DNA of 63,871 nt, counting the filler, from Guillardia theta CCMP2712 (taxonomy: Eukaryota; Protista; Cryptophyta): NCBI RefSeq assembly GCF_000315625.1. It is 6 parts of 6 records of this genome, joined end to end, with 100 filler letters (N's around TTAATTAATTAA, not from the genome) between each part and the next. Parts side by side here need not be neighbours in the genome. Positions count along the whole stretch, not along the records: positions 25,018 to 47,805 come from NW_005434547.1; positions 47,906 to 51,716 come from NW_005434128.1; positions 51,817 to 57,657 come from NW_005434202.1; 3 more parts are not named here. The stretch is one strand, 5' to 3'. The translations under genes and the position numbers were made by a program. The notes below the pieces were generated by a model that saw only the letters and a program-made list of their open reading frames with translations, searched no databases and had not been told where the DNA came from. Below are positions 39,567 to 51,938 of this stretch, piece after piece (the first letter of the stretch is position 1; each line of letters begins with the position of its first letter).

Positions 39567-39954
39567 ACTTGGACGTGGCGATGCTCTCCTGGCTGGCACA
39601 CTCAGATGAGACCTGTTGCGTACACACTAAGAAACCTCTAGCTCATCCTGATTCAGATGTTTGACAATTTGGTGAGTGTTGTTCTACGATCAAAATGATT
39701 CTTTGGAGACAAACGTTCAGTTTTGTCATTGTAGGAATGAAACATCCTTGTCGTTGTATGTGATCAATCAATTATCACATCCAGGAGACTAAGTGTAGCA
39801 ACCTTCGTCGAGTGAGAGCATCAAAACGTTGGCATGTTCAAACATGCAAGAAGATCGAACACATCTCTTTGAAAGAATACTTTTCTTCATTGTAAGCAAA
39901 ACAGGTAAGACAAGTACAGCAAGGTATCAAGCCTAACTATCAAGGTAACTACAT

Positions 39955-40800
39955 CTATACAGTGTCGCAAACGTACGTTTGCAATTTGGGGATTCCAGGG
40001 CCCAGGGTCAACGCAGAATCGTCCTCCTCTCCCATCTCCACTTTCTTTCGCTTGCTCATTCGCAGCCCGTCGATGAACAAGCACGTTCCGGGTGTGAAGG
40101 ACTTCACCTGCCGCGCAAGGGTCGACGTATGCCTCTCCTCCCTGGGGTGGAGGATCGGCCACGAGCTCATCCACTGCCCCCCGTTGAGACTGTCCATGCT
40201 GTCGTTCACCGAATGCTTAGAGAAGGATGTCGACGGAGTTCGGTTCACCATGGACACCGTCGAGTTAATGGAGTCAGTCCAGAACGGGTACTTGTACCAG
40301 CGGTCTTTCGCCATCCTCGCCATATCCGAGTTTCGAAGCTGTCGAGGCCGATAGACCTTGTGGTTGATTGGAGAGAGGCCATGCAGTCCTGATGGCCCGT
40401 GTAGATGCAGGTCATGCGCGGGCTGCTCGCTATCAGGTGCTCGTACGTGGAGTTGCAAGAGTCCATGGGTTGTCGGCGGAAAGGAATGTCCGAGTCCTTT
40501 ATGATGCACGAGTCGAAGTGCACAGAAGCCATGTGCTTGATCTCTAGAGAAGAAACTTCCTTTTCTCTGAGCCTCTTCCGATTGCACTGGTCATCAGAAG
40601 CAAGGCAAGCCATGCCTCCTAGGCCGAAACAAAGATCGAGTACAGCTCAACTCTCAGCGCATGAAGTAACTTGTGGATGAGTGAACTACTAACACTGCAA
40701 GAGAATTTTGCAGGAGTTGCCTGTGGAATAATGAACTGGGCGACAGAGATTGTAGATGACAGACCACTGTTCAATCTGTTTCTTCTGATGAGTCGTTCAG
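39955..40800 (-). CDS. Hypothetical protein (probably multi-exon)
   Basis: 210-aa non-repetitive ORF 39955-40587 with a G-rich upstream tract at 41040-41520; no motif recognised. Confidence 0.4.
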
Positions 40801-43054
40801 GAGCTGATCGAACCAAGAGAGCAGGTCAACGAATCAGGACGAGCAAGTTGATACTGAGTGGTGGTAGAGAGTTGGAGGAGGAGGAGGAGGAGAAGGAGGA
40901 GGAGGAGGAGGAGGAGGAGGAGGAGGAGGAGGAGGAGATGGGAGGTACAAAGCACAGAAAGGAGATATGCAGGTGCAGGTGCAGAAGGAGCAAGCAGGTG
41001 AGGTCTTATGTCGGATAGCAAGGAGGCGAAATGTAGGAAGGAGGGGTAGGGAGTTACCCTACCCCCTTCTAACGACCACCCTGATGGCTGACATGGTAGA
41101 AGTGGTGGGTACTGCTGGGAATTCTGGAAATAAGGTGGGTACTGGACGATCTGGTAGCTATTGATGGGTTAGCATGACCCCCTTTTGTCCCGAAAAGTAC
41201 CGGTACATGTTTTGAAGAGGTTTGATTCTTTAGGTGGGGCGATGACCACCCTACCCCTCCATGTGAGTGCCAATACGAGTTCATGACATTTGCGCAAAGG
41301 GGGTCTTGAAAAATGGATGGAAGGATCTAGAAGTAATTGCAAAAGATGCTTTTTCGATAATTACTATCAGAGTCGGGGAATGTGCAAAAAGTGTATCGAT
41401 AAAACTAAGAATCGGCAGGGTAGCACCTTTGGCCTATCACATTGACACTCAATCGCATCATCGTCGATGTTGGAGTGGGTGGAAAGTACACGTACACAGG
41501 AGGGTCGAACAGGGGTAGGTGGTAGAAGCAGAGGTGCTCATTTATTTGAAAGAAACATTGAAATTGCTTCAGAATATTTGAATATTTCTGGCAGTGTTGA
41601 TTTAAATTCTTTCTACATTGCCTTGGACAGGGCATGGCTCCTGCATGCCCTGGGAGGTCCGTCAACTGGTTTAAGACGGAAAAGATCTCCTTTCAGAAAT
41701 GAAAATAATCTTTTTCAAGGAATGGTTATCCAGTCGAAAACTCCAGAGAACAGTGGAATGGTCCTGTGACCATGGCGTAAGATCGCTCGCAAAAGGCAGA
41801 GTACTGGAAAATGTTGCTCAAAATTTCTATTCTTGAGAATAAATTTGAAGTTTGAAGATAAAAAAAACACATTAGCTTACCTAATATCCCCGCACGGCCT
41901 GCAGGGACTTGTGGCGCACCCTAGACAGTCTCATGCGGGGAGGTCACGAGGATGCTGAGATGGTCACGTTACCGCTGCTTTACAAGGGCCGTGTGTGTAA
42001 GACAGCCCGCCTCAAGTAAAAGGACATTAAGAAGATCAATTCTAATACAGGTCCTAGTAAATAACTGATGTCCCCTGAGTACCTGTCGACTCTGGACCAT
42101 TCCATGCTTCATTCCAAGTTCCACGGGCCGTGAGAACTGGCGAGGGGCATTTTTTGAAAGCAGGACTCCCCTGATCACGGCCCGTACTGATTTCAAGTTA
42201 ACTACCGCCGCCTGGGCGGCCCCGGCGGCCGGGCGCGGCGGGCCGGCGCACTGTCACCGTGGCACTGTCCGGCCCGCCCGCCGCCCGGTCACCGCGGCCG
42301 GGCCGCCCCGGCGAGACTGACTCGCCGAGTCAGCCCGGCCGCCGGGCTCGGAAAGCGGCAACGCACAGGCTGCGGCATCCGGGCCGGGCTCACTGCCCGT
42401 GCGCGGCTGCGCGCCGCCGTGATCGGGCCCGGGGGGGCCGAAGCCTTGAAAGGGCCTTTCAACGGCAGCCCGGCCGCCGGCCGCCCCCAGGCTTCGGATC
42501 CGAGGTGACTCCGGACGACGGTGCCGCAGTGCGGCGGCCCGGGAAGCGGCATACTACTAGGCCGCTAGGCTATGATACTCAGTGACTAGTGCACCGTGAT
42601 TACTAGCGATGAGAATGATCGGATGCGCCCGGGGGGCATCGTCACCCCGGGCCGTCATCGGACTCCGGGAGCATCCTGGCGGCGGCCCGCCAGTGGTCTG
42701 GCCACCGGCGTGACCGGCCGGGCCCGCCGCGGGGGCGCGGCCGCCGCAGTGCGCCGACGGTATCATTCAACTGGCTACAGGCTGACTGTGACCGTTTGAA
42801 CCGTTCGGACTCCCGGGAGTCACAGCCTCGGCCTGTCGAGCCTTCAACTCAGTTACGGAGTCACACTACCGTACGGCCGGGCGGCCCCGGGCCGACTCGG
42901 ACCGGGCCGGCGTACTAACTTCAAGCCACGGCCCTAGTGACTGAGTCGGAGTATTCCGACCGTACCGTGCGTCCCGGCGGGCACAGCCAGGCCGCCGGAC
43001 TCCGGTCCATCCGATGATGAGCGGCTGGTACCAACGTGACTGTGGCCGGGATAA

Positions 43055-43100
43055 AGTTTTACTCAAAGTTAAGTTAAAAATCAGTACGAGGACAATCAGG
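43055..43100 (+). repeat. Copy of a dispersed ~40-bp motif (TTTACTCAAAGTTAAGTTAAAATCAGTACGAGGACAA)
   Basis: Near-identical to 44846-44885 (reverse strand) and 62626-62664; partial reverse copies at 42183-42203 and 54488-54507. Confidence 0.85.
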
Positions 43101-43171
43101 CTTGACCCGTGGCAGTCCAGGCTGCGACGCCGCACCGTTGCCGTGATTTTTACTGATCATCGGATTCCGAG

Positions 43172-44107
43172 TCATAAGAGAACTACAGAGCCTTTGTTGA
43201 TGTCTTGCAACTTATCATTGAGGCACATTCTTTGCTTCAATAGCTGAAGGAAGAACGTCGGAATCCCAGCTTCACCTTCCTTCCCAGGAGCGAGCACCAG
43301 ATCTCGGAACTGCACAATGATCGGTTTGTCTGGAAACAAAAAGAACTCGTGATACGCGCGAGCTGCACACTCGAGTAGGCTAGAGTCATGGTGCCCAACG
43401 TTCTCCATCAGTGCGAGGCGCCTCCGGTTCTTTCCTTGCTCGTGTATGGCAACAGCATGCTTGTAGTGGATCATCTCATCTCTCATCCCATGCACGATGA
43501 CGCAGGGGCAGGTCAGACCCCTCATTTTCTCTACGTTGTTCCAGTCTGAGCACCCGGTGGATAGCAGCGATCCGAGGTTCCCAGCAACGTCGCGCGCGAC
43601 GTCTTGGATGGAGGTAAAGGGGGAGATGGCAACGATTCCTCCAGCCAGTCCCGAGCTGGCGACATGGAAGGCTGGGCCTGTGCCGATGGATCTGCCCCAT
43701 ATCACAATCTGCTGGGGCTGCAGAGACAGGAAGTCTGCCGCCCACAGACATGCTGCCATGACGCTCTCGTTGAGCCCCTTGGAGGAGGGGCAGCCCTTGC
43801 AGGCGCCATACCCGGGGTACTCGGGGACGAGGACGTGGCACTGCAGCGCCTGCCGCAGGTACTCGGCCGTAGGATAGACGCTCTTGAGGTCCTCTGCGTT
43901 GGCGTGGCAAAAGATCACCAGCGAGGTCGAGCTGCTCCTCTGCAGGAACAGGCATGGGACTTCGAAATCCTCGTCCTCCGAGGAGCGGATGCAAATCAGC
44001 TCCTCCTGCCGAAAGTCTTTGAAGGTGTACCTGCTCTTGCGCGACCCGGCAAAGATGTAGTCGTCTAGGATGTGCTTGCTGCCAAAGACCTTGTCGAGCA
44101 GATTCAT
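43172..44107 (-). CDS. ABHD13/ABHD17-like alpha/beta hydrolase, intronless
   Basis: LVIFCHANAEDL, VPEYPGYG, nucleophile elbow WGRSIGTGP, acid HGMRDEMI and His in NVGHHD give a complete triad. Confidence 0.9.
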   Translation of the reverse strand: MNLLDKVFGSKHILDDYIFAGSRKSRYTFKDFRQEELICIRSSEDEDFEVPCLFLQRSSSTSLVIFCHANAEDLKSVYPTAEYLRQALQCHVLVPEYPGYGACKGCPSSKGLNESVMAACLWAADFLSLQPQQIVIWGRSIGTGPAFHVASSGLAGGIVAISPFTSIQDVARDVAGNLGSLLSTGCSDWNNVEKMRGLTCPCVIVHGMRDEMIHYKHAVAIHEQGKNRRRLALMENVGHHDSSLLECAARAYHEFFLFPDKPIIVQFRDLVLAPGKEGEAGIPTFFLQLLKQRMCLNDKLQDINKGSVVLL

Positions 44108-44845
44108 TCTGTTCGTCCTGCTCCCTTCGATTCAAAGGTTCTTGCAAATATGTCCAGCCTTCTTAGTTCGCTAGGTCAGCTGAGACTTTTCCGCAGTAAG
44201 CAAACTTCTCACAACCCGAACCTATAGGACCCGAACCTGTCTGCCATGTATAATCCACTCAATCATTCCATTCTTGTATCATGATGTATCAATAGCTTGC
44301 TTCTTAGTATGAGTCCGCACTGATTTCTTGTCAGACCTCCTGTGTCTCGTGTGACAAGCTGTGCCCAACGATCGCAAAACAAACTTAAGAGATTCAAACG
44401 CCTTATTTCCGCTGTTGTGATCCTCCTCCAGCAAACTCAATAATGCTTCCTTGCTGGAATGAACAACTCTCGTGCTGCTTCCCTCCTCTCGTTGACTTTA
44501 AGCTGACCTCAGGACACGCCCTGTGCTCCCCTCCCTTCCTCTTCCCCTTCCCGCTCGCTTCTCCTTGCTGCCGGACTGGGCGATTTCAATTTCCCGGCCG
44601 TGGTGCCCTCCTGGTAGGTACGGTAGTATGGCACCAGGGGTGGGGTAGTAATGGTCATGAAAGGAGGGGTGCGATCTACTTTCCATACCAAGTTGAGCTC
44701 CGATAGTATGGTAGTACCCCCCCTATAGACCCTCAGAGTACAGGTCAGGTCCGGGGCCTCCCGGAACTTCGGAAGCTCCGATGAGGTCGGAGTACCCCCC
44801 CTTCCCAGACTAACTTCAGTCACGGTAGCCTCCTCTACTCTCCCG

Positions 44846-44885
44846 GTTGTCCTCGTACTGATTTTAACTTAACTTTGAGTAAACT
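44846..44885 (-). repeat. Copy of the dispersed ~40-bp motif
   Basis: GTTGTCCTCGTACTGATTTTAACTTAACTTTGAGTAAAC is the reverse complement of the 43055 copy with two single-base indels. Confidence 0.85.
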
Positions 44886-45335
44886 ATACGGCGGCGGTGG
44901 GGGGAGCCTGCCATGCCGAGGGCCTCAAAGCCAACCGTTGCGGAACCGTTGGAGTCACGGGCCACGTTTGAGTGAGTCAAGTTTCAAGGCTGCGGCTGCG
45001 GCATTTTCAACTCAGTGAGTTCCGGCACTCAGGCTGAAAAACGGTACGCCTACGGTACCGGCGTCGAGCCTGCCTCCCCGGCCACGGACTCGCCAGTCAC
45101 GGTCAGCTGATCGCCACTGATCGGACTCAGCCTTGGTGCAGGCCCGGGGGCGGCTGGCCGGCCCGGCCCCCGGGGTGCCGCTGTGCGCTGCCCGGGCGAG
45201 CCCGGCGGAGGCTGGGCCCGGAGCACACGGTTTGATTATTCACAACTTAAAAACGTCCGAGCCTGCCCTGACTCCGGGATGTGACAAAACTTTGAAAACT
45301 CAGTGAGAATCAACGTTGAGGTGGCAGCTTGACGT

Positions 45336-47760
45336 TCACAAGGCACTACTGAGAAGTGACTGAGGTGTCCCTGGCCCAAGCTCCATCAGTGCTGCAAGGA
45401 AGAGCTGCCGGACGGATCTGATCCAGCTGGGAAAGGGACGACAGTCAGTCAGGGCCTGCTGCCCTCCGGAGCCGAGCCTGACCTGCTGCGTGCGATCCTT
45501 GAAGGGATGGAGTCGGAGCAAGCGCGAAGGAGGAGCCAGTGGAGGCGCTTCCTGCTGCTGCTGCTACTGCCGAGTCAGACGGTCAGGATAGAAGGCTCAG
45601 CGGCTCAGTCGAGCCTGACCTCCTGCGGCGGCGTTGACTTGGAGCGGCATGCTGGTTTTGTGGTGAGCGATGAAGACGAGACCGGGAGAGGAAGAGAGAG
45701 AAAAGTGGAGGGGTAAAGAGAAGGGGAGGAGAGAAGAAAATTGGAAAGGAAGAGAGAAAAAGGGGAGAGAGGGAGGGGAAAGGAGCTGCACGGTGGTAGC
45801 AAAGTGTGCTGGGTGTGGACAAGATCGGACAGAAACGAAGAAGGCAGGTGAAGAAAGGGGGAAGCGAAGGGGAAGCGAATGAGGAAGGGAGAGGAAGGGG
45901 GAGGAAGGGAGAGGAAGGGAGAGGAAGGGAGAGGAAGGTAGGAGAGAGGAAGTAGGAAAATATCCGAAGGGAAGGGTGGTAGAAGGGAGAAGGAGGAGGA
46001 GGAGGAGGNNNNNNNNNNNNNNNNNNNNNNNNNNNNNNNNNNNNNNNNNNNNNNNNNNNNNNNNNNNNNNNNNNNNNNNNNNNNNNNNNNNNNNNNNNNN
46101 NNNNNNNNNNNNNNNNNNNNNNNNNNNNNNNNNNNNNNNNNNNNNNNNNNNNNNNNNNNNNNNNNNNNNNNNNNNNNNNNNNNNNNNNNNNNNNNNNNNN
46201 NNNNNNNNNNNNNNNNNNNNNNNNNNNNNNNNNNNNNNNNNNNNNNNNNNNNNNNNNNNNNNNNNNNNNNNNNNNNNNNNNNNNNNNNNNNNNNNNNNNN
46301 NNNNNNNNNNNNNNNNNNNNNNNNNNNNNNNNNNNNNNNNNNNNNNNNNNNNNNNNNNNNNNNNNNNNNNNNNNNNNNNNNNNNNNNNNNNNNNNNNNNN
46401 NNNNNNNNNNNNNNNNNNNNNNNNNNNNNNNNNNNNNNNNNNNNNNNNNNNNNNNNNNNNNNNNNCGATCTTAAAAAAATAAGTTTTTTTGCATAAATTT
46501 TTTTTTTCCCCACACCCAGGAAATGGACTTAGTCTTTTTTTTTTCCCCCCCCCCCCCCCCCCCCCCCCCTCCTCCCCTACATCTTCCCCCTCTTCCTCCT
46601 CCTTAGTCTCTCTTCTCCCTCCCGTCTCCACGCTGATCGTGACCGCTTGCCCCCCCCGTACCTGCAACTGGAACCCTCCTGCATTGCCCCCGACACTGGT
46701 CCCTCCTCCTGCTACTGGCAGATGAAGAACCTTCACAGGGTGTGAGAGGAGAGGAGCGGAGGGAGGAGATGCAGTGAGAGAGGGGAGTGAAGGGATGAGG
46801 AGAACAAGATCTGCGGAGAGAGGATGGGACGGAGGTGAATGCGCAGGAGCAGTGGCACAGAGTAAGAGGAAAACTGGAAACAGAGGAGGAGGGGGAGGAT
46901 AAGATGCAAAAGGGAAAGCGATGAGAAGGAGGGAGAAAGGAGGATGGAAAGGGAGGCGTAGACTGCTTTTACCATTCCATTCGACGCCACCATCTGCACA
47001 AGATTCTGCGCGGCATTTCCCTGCTGGACACATTCAGACTTTACAGCAAGCACAGGAGGGACAAGAGAAATCGGAGGTGAGAAGAGGAAGAAGGCGAGGC
47101 AAGAAAAAGGATGGTGAAAGCAGGGGGGAGGGGGAGGGGGAGGGAGGACAGGATGGAACAAAGCAGGAGCGTTGGGAGGCAGACAAATGGTAGGAGAGAG
47201 GAGAGAAGGGAGAGGCGAGGAAAGGACGAAACAGAGCAGGCAGGAAGGGAAGGGGAGGAGCACACCACCCTCTGTAGTTGCTGCAGCTGTTGTTTGAGCT
47301 GCTGTTGATGGTGATGCTGTAGGAGTTGCTGTTTGCTATCCGTCATTGACCTCCTCCTCCTCCCGTGCCTCCTCCTCCTCCTCCTCCTCTCCTCCTCCCG
47401 TTCCTTCTCCTCCTCCTCCTCCTCCTCCTCCTCTCGTAGTTCTTCCGTCCTCACTCCAGGAAGCAGAATTTTACCTGCTGAAGCTGCTGGATTTGCTGCT
47501 GTGGCAGGGCCTGTTGCTGTAGTGGCTGCAATAAGCGGATAAGGATGAAGAAAAGCGCTGCCATCATTCATAGAGGAAGAATGGAAAATAAGGGACGGAG
47601 AATAATGACTAGGAGGGAAGAGCATGAACGAGAAGCAATTGGTCCGAAGTGTCAGACACTTGGGGGTCAATTGGAGAATCCAGCATGGGATACCTGAGAT
47701 TCCAAGTGTGAATGCGACTTGGTGCTAATGCTTGTCCGCTTGAGTATGCAGGTGGCTCCA
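45336..47760 (-). CDS. Multi-exon hypothetical protein (gapped)
   Basis: Exon-like segments (MTDSKQQLLQHH..., VLHLPVAGGGTSVGGNAGGFQLQVRGG, SWIRSVRQLFLAALMELG..*) separated by purine-rich introns. Confidence 0.35.
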
Positions 47761-48067
47761 TATAACTAACCGCCAGAGGTCGAGTCGACAGAAACCAAGG
47801 TACGGNNNNNNNNNNNNNNNNNNNNNNNNNNNNNNNNNNNNNNNNNNNNTTAATTAATTAANNNNNNNNNNNNNNNNNNNNNNNNNNNNNNNNNNNNNNN
47901 NNNNNCAATCTGTCAGCTTCTCCTCCTCCTCCTCTCCCTCCTCCTCCTCCTCCTCCTCCTCCTCCCTCCTCCCCCCCCTCCCTCCTCCTCCTCCTCCTCC
48001 TCTCCCTCCCCTGCCCCTCCTCCTCCTTCCCTCTTCCTGCTTCTCCTGCTCCCTTTCCCTCCCCTAC

Positions 48068-48875
48068 CTCGTGAAGTCTCTTGGCAATGAAGTGGACGTC
48101 ATCAGTAAACCCAAGGTGATATCCTCCCTGACAGGTCGTGAGAAACAGCAAGGATGCAGGAGACAGACAGCAGGAAGATGAAGGGTAGGACGGGGGAGGA
48201 GGAGGAGTACGGGAAGGAGGGGTGCAGAAAGGGGAAAGCACACACAGGAGTCAAGTTGTCCTCCCCACTGCATCCTCTGAACCCAATGGCAGCGACATCG
48301 AATCCTGCCATGGAGAGCGAGCGAGCTTGACGGACGGTCAGGGGAGCCAGGGAGTTCGACTCAAGGCCATGGTAGAGGAGGACGATTCCTCGGGACGCCG
48401 GCAGCTCCGACCGGAGAAAGTCGATGTCGACGAAGTCTCCGTCGGGCGTTGTCCACCGCTCGCGCTCGTAGGAGGGAGTAGGAGGAGTCGCAAACAGGGC
48501 GCCGACTATCGTGTTGACGTGCGCCTGGCGAGCCCACCAGGGGGGCCGGTAGGTGCGAGCAGGAAAGGAGCTGAGCACTTGTACCATGTCGGTGGCAGGA
48601 GAGGAAGGGATGAGGGTTGAGGGAGAAGGGGAAGACGAGGCCACCATGGCAGACAGCGAGGAAGGAGGCGGACGACGCCGAGGGCTCGCGACAGTGAAGA
48701 GAGCGCGAGTGCGAGCTGTCAGGGGGGAGGAGGCGGACTTCGAGAAAGAGATCGGGAGCTTCGACCCAAGGAGTCGAGAGGAGGAGGAAGCGAAGAGGAG
48801 AGGAGGACAGGAGGAGCAGGAGGACAGGAGGAGGAGGGAGGACGGGAGGAGCAGCAGCAGTGGCGAGGCGACCAT
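48068..48875 (-). CDS. YheT / ABHD1-3-like alpha/beta hydrolase with a bipartite-type presequence, 3'-truncated at the contig junction
   Basis: YRPPWWARQAHVNTI, YERERWTTPDGDFVDIDF, VLLYHGLESNS, GFDVAAIGFRGCSGEDN spliced to GGYHLGFTDDV; hydrophobic then S/R-rich N-terminus. Confidence 0.88.
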
Positions 48876-49631
48876 CCCGTCGTGGACGTACAAAGCAGGA
48901 GAAAGGGGGAGGGGGCGCTCAGTACGGGTCATAATCCGGTAGAATAGAGGGGTACTTGTCATGCTAGGGTACTTTGGGACACGGGTGGTTTTGTCTAGAC
49001 AGGGTGGGGTAGTCCTAAAGCTTTTAAACCCTCCCACCACCCACGTTTCCCCGCTAAATATGACCCCTGTGAAGACAACCCCCAAGAATCTCTGTTTCTT
49101 GGAGGCAGAGAGGGGGTGGGGTAGTCCTTTAGGCTTGTCAAAATGATGATGGCTGGGCTGGAAAGCAGAAGGCTAAGACGGGAGGAGGAGGAGGAGGAGG
49201 AGGAGAAGTAGAGGAGGAGGAGGAGAAGTAGAGGAGGAGGAGGGGCCGGAGAGGAGGAGGAGGAGGAGGAGCCGGAGAGGCAGAGGAGGAGGAGCCCAGG
49301 TGGCACTAGTCAGAGATGCAAAGGCTTGCATTGAGCGGCTCTCAATTGAATTGCAAGCTGATCGCTCTCTGATAAGAACATCCTGAGGAATATCACAAAG
49401 ACAATCGCAAGGTGGCAACGAGAAATTGGTAGGCAACCAACACTAACACTGAATCGTCAACTAGCTCAGAACAACTTGGGTAGAACAAGAGCGCAAGCAG
49501 CGCTCATCAAGGACAAGATCATATTGGCCGCAGGAAAGCAAGGAAGAAGTTCAACCTCTCAAGGGAGGAGGCGGAGGGAGGCTGAGGAGGAGGAGGAGGG
49601 CTAAGGAAGGGGAGGAGGATAACGCAGCAAG

Positions 49632-51716
49632 ATGAAGGGCAAACAGCGTCGTTCGGCTCGTGACTTCAACCCGATGCATTCGGTGCAGCTGCCAACTCCC
49701 TCGCCGATGCATTCTGCCTCTCTTCCTCTGTCCTCCTCCTCGTCGCTGCTGCCCACCAGGCAGAGGTTCGAGGACGCGACCTCCGCCTTCGACAAGGTCA
49801 AGGCCAAGAGGATCGCAGCTCCCCTGGCAGCTCCGCGGCTGCTGGAGGTGGGAGACGAGAGGTCGCTGAGAAGGACGTTGAAGGGAGGGAACGTCGAGCA
49901 GCTGCTGGAGCTCTTCAGACAGGACGAGGAGGCGGCGAGGAGGATGCTGGTGGGCGAGCAGCTGCCTCTGCACGTGGTGGTGGAGTTCCACGGGGGGACT
50001 CGGGGAGAGGAGATAATCAGCCACGTGCTGAAGGCGAACTGGGAGGCAGCTGGGCACAAGGACGCGTTGGGGCGCCTTCCTCTCCATCTCTTGTGCCGCT
50101 CTCAGAGCCCCTCCGTCAGCTCCCTCCGCCTCCTCCTGCGAGCGAACCAGGAGGGAGTGAGGGAGGAGGACGAGGACGGTATGAACCCTCTCCATCACCT
50201 TATGCTCTGCTCCGGCGATCAGCAGTGTGCTCAGGTTCTGCTGGAGGCGTACCCAGAAGCTGCGAGGGTCAGGGCGACAGGGGAGCTCCACAGGGGAGCG
50301 CTCCCTCTCCACCTCCTCTGCCGCTACCATGGCGACTGCAGCGACACCGTCATCCTCCTCCTCCGATCTTTCCCCGACGCCTGCTCCTCGCCCTGCCTGT
50401 CCATCTCCGGCTTCCTCCCCGTCCATATCCTGTCGCAGTTCCAGGGAGATGCGCGCGAGTCCATGGCGGCGGTGGTGGACGCGTACGAGCAGGGGCTGCT
50501 CTCTCGCAGCAGGAACGGAAAGCTCCCGCTGCACCTCCTCGCTGAGTTCTTCCCGGGAGCAGAAGCAACGATGGACCTCCTGTGCTCGAAGTGCCGCAAG
50601 GCCTGCTTGTCCCCGACAACGGCGGGAGGACGCCCTTGCATCTGCTCGCGTCTCACTACCGGGCTGAGGACTGGGCCAAGGTCGCTGGGTCCCTGCGGTC
50701 GCTGCTGGTGTGGGGGGAGAGTGCCCTGCTGCTGCAGGACGAGGACGGAAACACTCCTGCCCACCTCGCCGCTCAGTTCTGCCCGCAGCCTGACCTGCTC
50801 CTTGCCGACATGATGCAGCGAGGCGCTCGGGCGGCTGGGATGCTCAACGAGGACGGTCGGAGCCTCCTGCACTGCCTGATGCTGAACCCGGAAGCTCCGA
50901 TGTCCTCCTTCTTCCACCTTCTCAGCCTCTCCGAGAAAGCTCTGCTCCTCCCCGACGCTGACGGCAACCTCCCCCTCCACCTCCTTTGCGAGCACAACGG
51001 GGACAACGAGGAGCTGCTCAAGGCTGTGCTGGCAGCGGGCAAGGAGGAGGCGAGCGTGCCGAACAAGGAGGGCAAGCTTCCTCTCCACCTACTCGCCTCC
51101 TCCTATGGCACCGACGAGTATCTGCCGAGCTTGACAGCCCTCCTGTCCTCCTGCCCGGAAGCTGCTGAGGTTCCGGACACGCGGGGGAAGCTGCCGGCAG
51201 ACCTGCTCGCTCCTCCTCGCTTCGACTTGCGCAACGAGGAGTTCAGGAGGCTACTGGAGGAGGCGGTAGCGGTGAAGATCCGGGTGAAGGAGGAGGAGGA
51301 GGCGAATCTTTCGCGCTTCTCCTTCTCCTTCATGGCCGAGCATGAGCGAGGAGTTCGGAGCGCGTCCATGGCTGACCCGGAGCTGCTGAGGCAGGCGAGG
51401 CGCTGCAATGAAGGTGACAAAAATTCTGATGAGGAGGTGAGACATGCTGCTGCTACTTCTAGCTCCTCCTCCTCTCCTTCACCTCCTTCCTCCCCTTCCT
51501 CCCCTTCCTCCCCTTCCTCTCCTTCCTTTCTCCCTCCTCCTTGGATCTAAACTCATGCTCCTGCTCCCAGAGAGAGGAGGACGTGCTTCGAACCTTGAGG
51601 AGGAGCAAGCCGCTGCGAGGGGCCAGGGAGGCTTCTCGTCGCGCCGTGGATGCGCAGCCACGAGGCCGACCGGAGCAAAGCAGGAGGGAGGAAGAGAACA
51701 CAAGGACAGTAGTTCG
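49632..51716 (+). CDS. Ankyrin-like repeat protein (GxLPLHLLC repeats) with a 1-bp frameshift near 50610; 3' end runs into a gap
   Basis: Many D..GxLPLHxx repeats across ORFs 49632-50813 and 50582-51550; the repeat register continues across the frame change. Confidence 0.8.
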
Positions 51717-51938
51717 NNNNNNNNNNNNNNNNNNNNNNNNNNNNNNNNNNNNNNNNNNNNTTAATTAATTAANNNNNNNNNNNNNNNNNNNNNNNNNNNN
51801 NNNNNNNNNNNNNNNNGAAGTGACAAAACAACAGATCATTTTTGACAGGAGAAGCTTAAAATCCAAAAAAAACAAACGAGGCTTTGTTCGTTTTCGTCCC
51901 ATCTATTGTACAATACAAAAACAACTCTCTCTCCTAGC

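Noticed and set aside
41467-42160. AT-richer stretch with short ORFs, possibly a viral or transposon relic
   Set aside because: No recognisable motif, termini or second copy in the window.
42259-42799. R/P/G/A-rich ORFs inside the GC islands
   Set aside because: Stop-codon scarcity from high GC content; open in several frames on both strands with no protein motifs.
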